A program made the position numbers and the translations under genes. Shown piece by piece: positions 55,572 to 64,000 of a stretch of DNA of 64,000 bases (the first letter of the stretch is position 1; each line of letters begins with the position of its first letter). Origin of the DNA: Thermoplasmatales archaeon. GTDB taxonomy: Archaea; Thermoplasmatota; E2; DHVEG-1. Below the pieces are notes generated by a model. The model worked only from the letters and a program-made list of their open reading frames with translations. It ran no database searches and was not told where the DNA came from. The DNA lies in NCBI GenBank assembly GCA_020343515.1, contig CP070798.1:5692-69691 (forward strand), in the 5' to 3' direction.

Positions 55572-56210
55572 ATGATAATAACTAAGCAAAAAAAATTTGA
55601 GGATTTAGTGAGATCTGTTGGAGGTGAGCCTGTTTTCCTAGTGGGCTGCAGTGAATGTGCAACTTTATGCCACACTGGCGGAGAAGAAGAAGTGTTGGCA
55701 ATGAAAGATGCTCTTGAGAAGAGAAGAATTCCTGTGTCTGGTTGGGTTGTACTGGATCCTGCATGTCATCTTAACAACAATAAGCGTCTTCTAAAATCCT
55801 ATAAAGAAAAACTAGGAAAATCAAAAAGTATCCTAGTCTTAGCATGTGGAAACGGCGTTCAAACCATAAAAGAAATATTTGATAACAAGGATGTCATTTC
55901 CGGTACTGATACATTATTTTTAGGAGAAATAACGCGTGTCAATTTATTTGACAAAAGATGCAATTTGTGTGGAGAATGCCTTGTAAATCTTTTTGGTGGA
56001 TTTTGTCCTGTTTCACGCTGTCCCAAATCAATGCTTAATGGCCCTTGCGGAGGAGCTAAAGGGGGAAAATGTGAAATAAATCAAGATCTAGATTGCGTTT
56101 GGGATCAAATATATAATTATCTGAAACAAAGAGGAAAACTCCATTTACTAGAAGAAATTCAAAAACCAAAGGATTGGTCTAAGTCGCTTGAAGTTAGGAG
56201 GAAACTATAG
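55572..56210 (+). CDS. metV: methylenetetrahydrofolate reductase C-terminal-domain protein (MetV-like, Cys-rich)
   Basis: CSECATLCHTGG and CNLCGECLVNLFGGFCPVSRCPKSMLNGPCGG are present (the NGPCGG motif of the MTHFR_C domain). The gene lies immediately upstream of metF. Confidence 0.7.
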   Translation: MIITKQKKFEDLVRSVGGEPVFLVGCSECATLCHTGGEEEVLAMKDALEKRRIPVSGWVVLDPACHLNNNKRLLKSYKEKLGKSKSILVLACGNGVQTIKEIFDNKDVISGTDTLFLGEITRVNLFDKRCNLCGECLVNLFGGFCPVSRCPKSMLNGPCGGAKGGKCEINQDLDCVWDQIYNYLKQRGKLHLLEEIQKPKDWSKSLEVRRKL

Positions 56211-56211
56211 A

Positions 56212-57126
56212 ATGAAATCCAAAAGTAACCTAGAAAAAGTGCTTCTAAATGGCAATTTTGCAGTAACGGCTGAAATTGGCCCGCCAAAAGGCTCAGATCC
56301 AAATTCAATAATGAAGAAAGCTAAAATGCTCAATGGATATGCTGATGCTTTCAATATTACTGATAATCAGACCGCAGTAGTTAGAATGTCAAGTTTTGCT
56401 GGATGCTCCATTTTACTAAAAATGAATATGGAGCCCATTATGCAAATGACTTGCAGAGATAGAAATAGGATTGCATTACAGAGCGATATTCTTGGTGCCT
56501 CTGCTTTGGGAATAAAAAACATACTCTTTTTAACGGGAGATCATCAATCTTTTGGCAATCACCCTAGTGCAAAAGGAGTATTTGATATCGATTCTTTGCA
56601 GCTTATTCAGATTGCTAAGAATATGAGGGATAATGGGATGTTTCAAAATGGAGAAGAAATAACCTCAGGCCGGCCGGATGTTTTAATTGGAGCTGCTGCA
56701 AATCCATTTGCCAATCCTTTTGAAGTAAGGATTGACCGCCTTAGTAAAAAAATAACAGCGGGAGCAGATTTTATTCAGACTCAGAGTGTATATAACTTAG
56801 AAATATTTACTAAATGGATAGATGATGTGAGGGCAAACGGGTTTGATAAAAAAGTACATATTCTTGCCGGTGTGACTCCGTTAAAATCTGTAAACATGAC
56901 TAATCGCATGAAATTTCATGTTCCAGGTGTTGACATTCCTGATACCATTTACAAAAGAATAAAAAATGCTAGAGATCCTAAAAAAGAAGGGTATTCAATT
57001 GCATTGGAAACTTTACTAGAGCTTAAAAATATAAATGGAATCCACGGAGTACATATCACTGCTCTTTTCTGGGAAGATATTATTCCTTCTTTAGTCAAAG
57101 AGGCAAGTATACATACGACACCTTGA
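56212..57126 (+). CDS. metF: methylenetetrahydrofolate reductase (MetF, acetogen/archaeal type)
   Basis: FAVTAEIGPPKG, DAFNITDN and a TIM-barrel MTHFR pattern are present. AGGAGG precedes ATG 56212, which lies 1 nt after the metV stop. Confidence 0.8.
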   Translation: MKSKSNLEKVLLNGNFAVTAEIGPPKGSDPNSIMKKAKMLNGYADAFNITDNQTAVVRMSSFAGCSILLKMNMEPIMQMTCRDRNRIALQSDILGASALGIKNILFLTGDHQSFGNHPSAKGVFDIDSLQLIQIAKNMRDNGMFQNGEEITSGRPDVLIGAAANPFANPFEVRIDRLSKKITAGADFIQTQSVYNLEIFTKWIDDVRANGFDKKVHILAGVTPLKSVNMTNRMKFHVPGVDIPDTIYKRIKNARDPKKEGYSIALETLLELKNINGIHGVHITALFWEDIIPSLVKEASIHTTP

Positions 57127-57295
57127 CCTTGAAATTTTGGATGAAAATTCTTTTTTTTAATATTAAATTGAATTAATAAAGGAAAATTATATTAGCTAGA
57201 TAAATAATAATATAATCAGACTATTTACCTATAAATATAAATATTGCAAATAATGGCAAATTAATCCCAAAAATATCAATAAAATAAAAAGTAAA

Positions 57296-60200
57296 GTGAT
57301 CGAGGCTATGTTAACAGTTTTGGGGAGATTTATAGAAAAAAAACCGTGGTTCGTTGTCACTATAATAATACTCATAACCATAGGATTTTCTACACTTCTT
57401 CCATCATTAGAGTTCAAAACCGATTTTAATGAATTCATGCCAGATGATGATATCGTATCAGCAAATACTCGAGTTCTTGACTATTTTGGTATGAGTCAAT
57501 TGCCTATGTTTCTTCTCGTTGAAAAACAACAAGCAGAGAACGTCATAACACCACAGGCAATACGAGAGATTTATTTTATTGAAAATGAATTAAAAAAACT
57601 TCCAAAGGTCAATGGAACAATAGCGATAACGACACTTCTAGATCCCGTATGTTTAGTTGAGTTTGGTAAAACAATTAAGAACTGCTCCGATGAAGAGATA
57701 ACAATAGCGTTACAAGATATGCTTAAGGAAGAAAAATCAGGAGAAATACTAGTTTTTAATAACGATGATCCCAACGAACAGATTGACTATAAACGACACC
57801 CTCGATTTTCTAAGGGAAAATCAATTGATAGTGCAGACATAAAAAATTGTTATATTTCTAAAGATAACGACACTTTAACATTTTCCATTGAAGTATATGA
57901 TTTATCAAGTCTGGGACCTTCGCTTAAACCATCTTTGACAAAAGTAAACGTGATGGAATGGTATCTCGATTTTGAAAATCTCATAATTCCTGATGAAAGA
58001 CTTGATATTGATTATCGAATTGCTGCACATATAGAACCAACCCATCCACTGTGGGAGATTGGGGGGGGATTATTAAATAATTTACGAGAACTATTCCAAC
58101 ATATCAGAGATAGGGAGCTTTTTAATTCATATAAAAAAGAAGTATATCTCTGGGTCAAACCCCCTGATCAAACCATGTATTTTCCGATTCCTCTTACAAC
58201 TGGTAATATTACATTAGATAAAGGTATGAACAGAATCAACATTGTTGTTTCAAGGGATGAACTTCGAAACTATGGGTTGGCAACCCGAGTTGGTTCATTT
58301 GAACTTCCAGCAAAATTAAGTAATTTTAATGCAGGGGTTCGGTATTACCAAACCTCCATTTTAAAACGTCCAGGTGGCAGGATCGCTTTTAATATAAGTT
58401 TTCTGTTGAATAGAATTGAAAAACTCCGTTCAAGACCTATTCTTGGCAGCATTGCAACACGGATATTACAAAAATATGGTGATATCACCTGGGAAGATTT
58501 CGACCAATTATTCACAATGATGGAACAAACCGATTTACTCCCTGAGAAGATTGCATTACAAGACATTGATAGTGCATGGACTTCATCAGATGTTGCACCT
58601 GATGAAGGCGTTTCTCATACTGTTTTTTCAGTTTATCCATATCTATTTAAGGATATACAAGTCAGTTCGCTAGCGTTACTTTCCAAAGATTATGAACAAA
58701 CGGACCAGCCTAAAGCCAGTCTAATTATACTACAGTTAGCGGTTATGACTGATTACAATGAACTCCTAAAAACAAATGAGGAAGTTCTCTATAAAATCGC
58801 TGAGCTCGATAAAGAGAATGATTATGTTTCTGTCAAGGTGACTGGAGAAACTGTTGTTTCATCGCAGATTGATGAATTGACATCTGATGCGAATCAGATC
58901 TTAGGACCTTCAATTTTCATCATTATTATGATTATATTATTTTTTAGTTTTAGAAGAACGTCATATGTTTTCCTTCCAATGCTTGCCCTCATTGTATCCA
59001 CGATATGGCTTCTTGGAACCATGATACTTCTGGGGATCGCCTTTAATGTAATCGCAGTTGCTCTTATTCCATTAATTTTGGGACTTGGTGTCGATTATTC
59101 AGTCCATCTTTTCCACAATTATCGCACAGAACTTGAAAGTGGTAGGTCACCAGCTGAGGCAATAAAACGGTCTGTTAAGGATATCGGAACCGCGATGTTT
59201 TTAGCTTGGCTTACTACATTCATCGCCTTTATGTCGTTTTTAAGTTCAAGCATTCCTCCAATCAGACATTTTGGTATACTCCTTGCATTAGGAGTAAGTT
59301 ATACATTTATTACTGCTATCACTCTTTTAGCATCTTTTCGATACATACTTGACAGAAGAAAAACGCCAAAAATAAAAAGGAAAACAGAGTTATTCTCTAT
59401 AAAAAATATTATGGGAAAAACTGCTTCTACTGTTTTAAGGCATCAAAAAAAGATACTCCTCATTGTGATTTTTATTTCTATTGTTTTTGCATCGGGAGCA
59501 ATACAACTTGAGAGAGGATTTGATATGGATCAATTTGTACCTCCGGATAACCCAGCCTTGGAACTTTTTGATGAGATAGCAGAAAACTTTCCGTATTCCA
59601 GTGAGTATCAAGAATATATCCTTATTGAGGGGAATGTTGCTTCTGTTGAGGTATTGAAGGGCATTGCTAAGACACATAAGAATATAGATGATGACACCTA
59701 TGTAAGTCGAAATACTGATGGAAGTATTAAGGTAACAAGTATATACTCGGTTATTCAACGCACAATCAAAAATAACAGGTCTCTCATTGCTAGGTTCAAT
59801 ATAGACGAGGAAACAAATATTCCTAAAACCGATGAAGACCTGCGAGCACTTTATGATTATCTTTACGAGGGTGCCTATTTAAATGTGGGCAGCATTGAAA
59901 CAGGTGAATTTGACATTGGAAATTTAGGAAGGATGGAAGTAGGAACTGTTCTATTTAAAAATAATTCCAGATTTGAAGCAACTGTTATTCGAATCTACAT
60001 CGATGCATCATTTCAGCTAGAAGGCGGTAATATCAATGAAGCACTCGAAACGCTGAAAGAGGAGTTTAATGAAGATATCGAAGATTATGGTGATTCAACT
60101 GCAATTGCAACTGGTGCATCAATTATTCAATTAACAATAACAAAATCTTTAACATGGAGTCAAATTGTTTCAACAGGTGTCTCTCTTATTCTTGCCGTAC

Positions 60201-60679
60201 TGGTCCTTATCCTAGCCTATAGAAATCCAATGCTTGGAATCATTACGATAATACCTGTTGGAATTACTATAGTCTGGATTTTAGGTACAATGTATTACTT
60301 TGGTTATATATTAGATGTAATGACTATAACAGTCACAAGTATTACCATTGGAATTGGTATAGATTATGCAATACATGCAACAGAGCGTTTTCGACTGGTT
60401 GCTGATAAAACTGGGGATATTAACAAGGCGCTTTGTGAAACAATTTCACACACCGGAGGTGCACTTCTCATTGCAGCGCTCACCACATCTCTGGGTTTTG
60501 GTGTACTAATCTTAGCTCCAATTCCACCTCAACAAAGATTTGGTATTATTATTGCTATTACAATCGCTTATTCATTTTTAATATCTGTATTGGCCCTTCC
60601 TCTTTTCCTTGCCAGATGGGCAAAATGGAGAAAAAAACGAAGGGGATTCATTATCTCACCCGGGCCACCGGAGGAATAG
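57296..60679 (+). CDS. RND-superfamily (MMPL/HAE3, COG1033-like) exporter with two 6-TM/SSD-like blocks and very large extracytoplasmic domains
   Basis: The 1127-aa protein has TM1 followed by a soluble region of about 480 aa, then a 5-TM block (GLGVDYSVHLFHNY). A further TM precedes a soluble region of about 230 aa and a second 5-TM block (GIGIDYAIHATERF). Confidence 0.8.
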   Translation: MIEAMLTVLGRFIEKKPWFVVTIIILITIGFSTLLPSLEFKTDFNEFMPDDDIVSANTRVLDYFGMSQLPMFLLVEKQQAENVITPQAIREIYFIENELKKLPKVNGTIAITTLLDPVCLVEFGKTIKNCSDEEITIALQDMLKEEKSGEILVFNNDDPNEQIDYKRHPRFSKGKSIDSADIKNCYISKDNDTLTFSIEVYDLSSLGPSLKPSLTKVNVMEWYLDFENLIIPDERLDIDYRIAAHIEPTHPLWEIGGGLLNNLRELFQHIRDRELFNSYKKEVYLWVKPPDQTMYFPIPLTTGNITLDKGMNRINIVVSRDELRNYGLATRVGSFELPAKLSNFNAGVRYYQTSILKRPGGRIAFNISFLLNRIEKLRSRPILGSIATRILQKYGDITWEDFDQLFTMMEQTDLLPEKIALQDIDSAWTSSDVAPDEGVSHTVFSVYPYLFKDIQVSSLALLSKDYEQTDQPKASLIILQLAVMTDYNELLKTNEEVLYKIAELDKENDYVSVKVTGETVVSSQIDELTSDANQILGPSIFIIIMIILFFSFRRTSYVFLPMLALIVSTIWLLGTMILLGIAFNVIAVALIPLILGLGVDYSVHLFHNYRTELESGRSPAEAIKRSVKDIGTAMFLAWLTTFIAFMSFLSSSIPPIRHFGILLALGVSYTFITAITLLASFRYILDRRKTPKIKRKTELFSIKNIMGKTASTVLRHQKKILLIVIFISIVFASGAIQLERGFDMDQFVPPDNPALELFDEIAENFPYSSEYQEYILIEGNVASVEVLKGIAKTHKNIDDDTYVSRNTDGSIKVTSIYSVIQRTIKNNRSLIARFNIDEETNIPKTDEDLRALYDYLYEGAYLNVGSIETGEFDIGNLGRMEVGTVLFKNNSRFEATVIRIYIDASFQLEGGNINEALETLKEEFNEDIEDYGDSTAIATGASIIQLTITKSLTWSQIVSTGVSLILAVLVLILAYRNPMLGIITIIPVGITIVWILGTMYYFGYILDVMTITVTSITIGIGIDYAIHATERFRLVADKTGDINKALCETISHTGGALLIAALTTSLGFGVLILAPIPPQQRFGIIIAITIAYSFLISVLALPLFLARWAKWRKKRRGFIISPGPPEE

Positions 60680-60771
60680 GTCATTGGCTGAGATTATTGT
60701 TACTACAGTTGAAATAGTAAAGTATCTATACAGATTGGTATTACCAGGAACGTAACATTGGGGATTATTGT

Positions 60772-61737
60772 ATGTCAAGGAAAAAAACAAAAAGGATTCT
60801 TGTGACAGGTGCAGTGGGTCAGATTGGCTCAGAGCTCACTATGGAATTGCGGAAACGATACGGTAACGACAAGGTTTTAGCAACAGGGAGAAAAACCAAA
60901 CCTAGTAAGATGCTGCTTAATTCTGGTCCTTTCGAGTTTATTGATATAACTATACGGGATACTGTCGAAAAAGTAGTCAATGAATATGATATCGATACTA
61001 TCTATAATATGGCTGCTATTCTCTCTGCAGTTGGGGAAGAAAAGCCATTATTATGTTGGAATGTAAACATCAACGGATTATATAATATACTTGAAATAGC
61101 ACGTGAACGGGAGATGAATCGTGTTTTTGTACCAAGCTCTATCGCGGTATTTGGGCCTGAAACACCACGAGATAATACTCCTCAGGATACCGTGTTAAAA
61201 CCAACAACAATGTATGGTGTTACAAAAGTTTGTGGTGAACTTCTTGGTGATTATTATTTCAAACGATTCAACCTTGACGTTAGAGGTATTAGATATCCTG
61301 GCATTATTAGCAATGAAACACTACCAGGTGGCGGAACAACCGACTATGCTGTCGAAATATTTTATGAGGCAATCAAGAACAGAAAATATACTTGTTTTGT
61401 GAAAAAGGAAACCATGCTTCCTATGATGTATATGCCTGATTGTATAAAAGGGACTATCGATCTTATGGAAACAGATCTTTTAAAACTCAAACATCACTGT
61501 AATTTTAACCTTACATCTATGAGTTTTTCTGCAGGTGAATTGGAATCTGAAATAAAGAAGCATATACCTAATTTCAACTGTGAATATAAACCTGATTTTA
61601 GACAGGATATTGCAGATTCTTGGCCACGATCAATAGACGATAGTGCTGCTAGAGAAGAATGGGGGTGGAAACCAGAGTACGATCTACCCACCATGACAGA
61701 AGATATGCTTGATAATTTGGGTAAACGCTACGAATAA
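60772..61737 (+). CDS. tdh: extended-SDR NAD-dependent epimerase/dehydratase-fold enzyme, probably L-threonine 3-dehydrogenase
   Basis: [14 protein letters not shown] is the Rossmann motif and YGVTK is the YxxxK motif. The overall pattern resembles SDR-type TDH as I recall it from Thermoplasma. No kbl partner is present in the window. Confidence 0.6.
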   Translation: MSRKKTKRILVTGAVGQIGSELTMELRKRYGNDKVLATGRKTKPSKMLLNSGPFEFIDITIRDTVEKVVNEYDIDTIYNMAAILSAVGEEKPLLCWNVNINGLYNILEIAREREMNRVFVPSSIAVFGPETPRDNTPQDTVLKPTTMYGVTKVCGELLGDYYFKRFNLDVRGIRYPGIISNETLPGGGTTDYAVEIFYEAIKNRKYTCFVKKETMLPMMYMPDCIKGTIDLMETDLLKLKHHCNFNLTSMSFSAGELESEIKKHIPNFNCEYKPDFRQDIADSWPRSIDDSAAREEWGWKPEYDLPTMTEDMLDNLGKRYE

Positions 61738-61813
61738 GTCTGATAGGTTCTATTCAGAAAGGTTTATGTTGCTAACCCTTATTATAACATATAATATTGG
61801 AGGTGAGTCGCAC

Positions 61814-62920
61814 TTGACCGAGTTAGAAGGGATAAAACAATATATGAATGGTAATATCGAAACTATTAGGGGATATTTAGTTGAAGAATCAGATTATCTT
61901 TTAGATCATACTTGTGAGAAGACACGCAAAGAATCGTTGCATCTTCCGGGTAATGATTTTATTGATAGAACCTTTGTAGATTCAGATAGACCGACTCGGG
62001 TTTTAAGGAATCTTAAATCAATTTTTAACCATGGTAGATTGGCTGGTACTGGGTATCTATCAATACTCCCAGTTGATCAAGGAGTTGAACATTCAGCTGC
62101 GACGTCCTTCACCACAAATCCAATGTATTTTGACCCTGAAAACATAGTAAAACTTGCAATTGAAGGAGGATGCAATGCTGTGGCATCGACCCTTGGCGTG
62201 TTGGGAGCGGTTTCCAGGAAATATGCTTATAAGATTCCTTTTATCGTGAAGATCAATCATAACGAGCTTCTGTCATATCCAAATAGCTTTGACCAAATAA
62301 TGTTTGCAGATGTTGAACAAGCATGGGAGATGGGGGCTGCTGCAATTGGTTGCACGATTTATTTCGGCTCACGGGAATCCAATAGACAAATCCAGGAGGT
62401 TAGTCAGGCGTTCAAGTATGCCCATGAATTAGGTATGGCCACAGTGTTGTGGTGTTACCTTAGAAACGCTGCTTTTAAGGTCGATGGGAATGACTATCAC
62501 ACCGCCGCGGATCTCACAGGGCAAGCAAATCACCTTGGAGTGACTATTGAGGCAGATATTGTCAAACAAAAACTACCAACGATAAACGGTGGATATGTTG
62601 CTATCAATAGAGATGGTGTGACATATGGGAAAATGGACGAGAGGGCATACCACGAACTCACTTCAGATCATCCAATAGATCTAACCAGATATCAAGTTGC
62701 TCATTGCTACATGGGGCGGGTCGGACTGATAAACTCTGGGGGTGCATCTGGTGAAAACGATTTTGCTCAAGCAGTGAGAACTGCAGTAATCAATAAACGT
62801 GCTGGTGGAACAGGCTTAATATCTGGTAGAAAGGCGTTTCAAAAACCGTTTAATGAAGGTATAAAATTACTCAATACTATTCAAGATGTGTATATCTGCG
62901 AAGAAGTAACCGTTGCATAG
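61814..62920 (+). CDS. fbaB: class I fructose-bisphosphate aldolase, FbaB/DhnA type
   Basis: Long stretches match my recollection of E. coli FbaB ([46 protein letters not shown]). I chose TTG 61814 because GGAGGTGA lies 7 nt upstream. ATG 61844 is the alternative, and the ORF-track start at 61709 overlaps tdh and is unlikely. Confidence 0.85.
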   Translation: MTELEGIKQYMNGNIETIRGYLVEESDYLLDHTCEKTRKESLHLPGNDFIDRTFVDSDRPTRVLRNLKSIFNHGRLAGTGYLSILPVDQGVEHSAATSFTTNPMYFDPENIVKLAIEGGCNAVASTLGVLGAVSRKYAYKIPFIVKINHNELLSYPNSFDQIMFADVEQAWEMGAAAIGCTIYFGSRESNRQIQEVSQAFKYAHELGMATVLWCYLRNAAFKVDGNDYHTAADLTGQANHLGVTIEADIVKQKLPTINGGYVAINRDGVTYGKMDERAYHELTSDHPIDLTRYQVAHCYMGRVGLINSGGASGENDFAQAVRTAVINKRAGGTGLISGRKAFQKPFNEGIKLLNTIQDVYICEEVTVA

Positions 62921-63369
62921 ACCCTTATATCTAAGGTGAAAGTTTACAACCTCCCCATCTAATAAAAAATAAATATATCTAATTTCAAGATCTGTCTATT
63001 TTTTTTCTTTTTTGTACGTGTACTTTAGTATTGGGTTTTCTCTAGTTCCAATGTTTATAATAAAAAAAGGGTAAGATTTTTTATCTTTCTTTTTTGTCAT
63101 TCATTCTCTCCAAATTAATATTATTTTTTATGATATATAAATATTGCGTACCAGAATCCATCTAATCGATGACCAATGCGATTAACAGCCAATTTTACTA
63201 CACCGAAGCTCAAAGGGTCACCAAGTTAATCTATCATATCTACAAAATCAATGCTATCGGTGTATAAGAGAATACATTAAAAAGCATTGTTACTACATAA
63301 TTATCAAGGACCAAAAAATATAAGTTTCATTAAAGCATAAGGAATGTAATTAAAGAGGAGAGATACTGA

Positions 63370-63897
63370 ATGGATTGGAAAGATAGATCTGCCTATGTTT
63401 TTATTAAAACGGCAAAGGGAAAGACGCATGATGTCTGGCAACGCTTCCAGACCTGGGAAAATGTAATAGGTACTTGGATTGTCGGTGGAGAGTATGACGT
63501 TATTGTCTGGTTTGACGCGCAGGACTGGGATACAGTATATAGATGCGTAGGTGAAATTAAAAACTGGAATGACGTAGAACACACAAGTTCACATAGGGTA
63601 TACAATGGTTATAAAAGCGATAGCTGGTGGTGGGAAAAACCAGCTGGTGCTTGGGTGTTATTCAGAGAAAAAAAATTGAACGAGACTCCTGAGAAGATAA
63701 GAAAATGGAGTTGGATGACAAGTGGTGCAAGCATTCCTGGCGACTGGGATTACATTTCATGGGTAGCAGGCAAAAACTGGGACGAAGTGTGGACTCATTT
63801 AAATGAGCTCAAATCAGAAAATTGGCAGACTTATCCATGTGTGCCAATTAAGTCATGGTGGAACCAAACTTGGAAAGATAAATGGTGGTGGGGTTAA
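63370..63897 (+). CDS. tandem RAM (Lrp/AsnC ligand-binding, ACT-like) domain protein, extremely Trp-rich
   Basis: Two roughly 80-aa halves each fit a beta-alpha-beta-beta-alpha-beta RAM pattern (AYVFIKT...GGEYDVIVWFDA... and AWVLFRE...PGDWDYISWVAG...). A GAGGAG ribosome-binding site is present. I count 24 W in 175 aa. Confidence 0.6.
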   Translation: MDWKDRSAYVFIKTAKGKTHDVWQRFQTWENVIGTWIVGGEYDVIVWFDAQDWDTVYRCVGEIKNWNDVEHTSSHRVYNGYKSDSWWWEKPAGAWVLFREKKLNETPEKIRKWSWMTSGASIPGDWDYISWVAGKNWDEVWTHLNELKSENWQTYPCVPIKSWWNQTWKDKWWWG

Positions 63898-64000
63898 ACC
63901 CACTATTTCTTTTTTTAATAACCTGTAAGACTAACTGGACAAGATTTTTTAACAAACATGCATAATCTATCATATATTACATTGTTACATAACAAATAAT

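Noticed and set aside
1-64000. I looked for tRNA, rRNA, other structured RNA genes, CRISPR arrays and integrated viral or mobile elements.
   Set aside because: Scanning the intergenic regions by eye showed no GC-rich cloverleaf-like segments, no regularly spaced direct repeats and no integrase, transposase or capsid-like ORFs. C/D-box-like motifs were not convincing. A tRNAscan/Infernal run would be needed to exclude small RNAs formally.

Overview
The window is a gene-dense, visibly AT-rich chromosomal segment from an archaeon. Archaeal markers are RadB, a GINS-like subunit, the L44e-S27e-aIF2alpha-Nop10-PAC2 operon, Nob1, Dph2, class I CCA-adding enzyme, membrane LonB, NMN adenylyltransferase and archaeal-type signal peptidase. 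The SDR-type threonine dehydrogenase, secreted gingipain-like peptidase and MetVF suggest a Thermoplasmatota-like sediment lineage, but that is inference only. I support about 65 protein-coding genes, four of them below the ORF-track cutoff: S27e, Nop10 and two mini zinc-ribbon ORFs. GGAGG-type ribosome-binding sites and ATGA/TGATG translational coupling are common. I found no tRNA, rRNA, CRISPR array, integrase or transposase.

Most of the window is housekeeping: hisS, argS, cca, thpR, queC/queD, nadA plus a cysteine desulfurase, rpe, mtaD, dph2, ychF-like GTPase, lonB, nadM, metVF and fbaB.

The parts worth a second look are:
- A roughly 9 kb isoprenoid-type cluster at 46.5-55.2 kb. It holds four UbiA-superfamily prenyltransferases in two paralogous pairs (one pair has NQxxDxxxD instead of NDxxDxxxD), a CrtI-like flavoenzyme and a 1052-aa DUF2341-like envelope protein. 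A very large RND/MMPL-type exporter lies nearby.
- A 72-bp perfectly duplicated promoter/5'UTR block in front of two unrelated secreted proteins that bracket the thpR-PAP2-cca operon, plus a third partial copy of its distal motif.
- A compact thiol/iron redox island at 0-2.2 kb, including a ferredoxin:thioredoxin-reductase-like/rubredoxin fusion and a desulforedoxin-like mini-protein.
- Two secreted peptidases (metzincin-like and C25 gingipain-like) that share a PKD-like module, and an orphan fragment of their surface domain.
- A two-lobed bactofilin-like protein.
- A tandem RAM-domain protein that is about 14% tryptophan.

All functional calls rest on motif recognition by eye. No database search was run.
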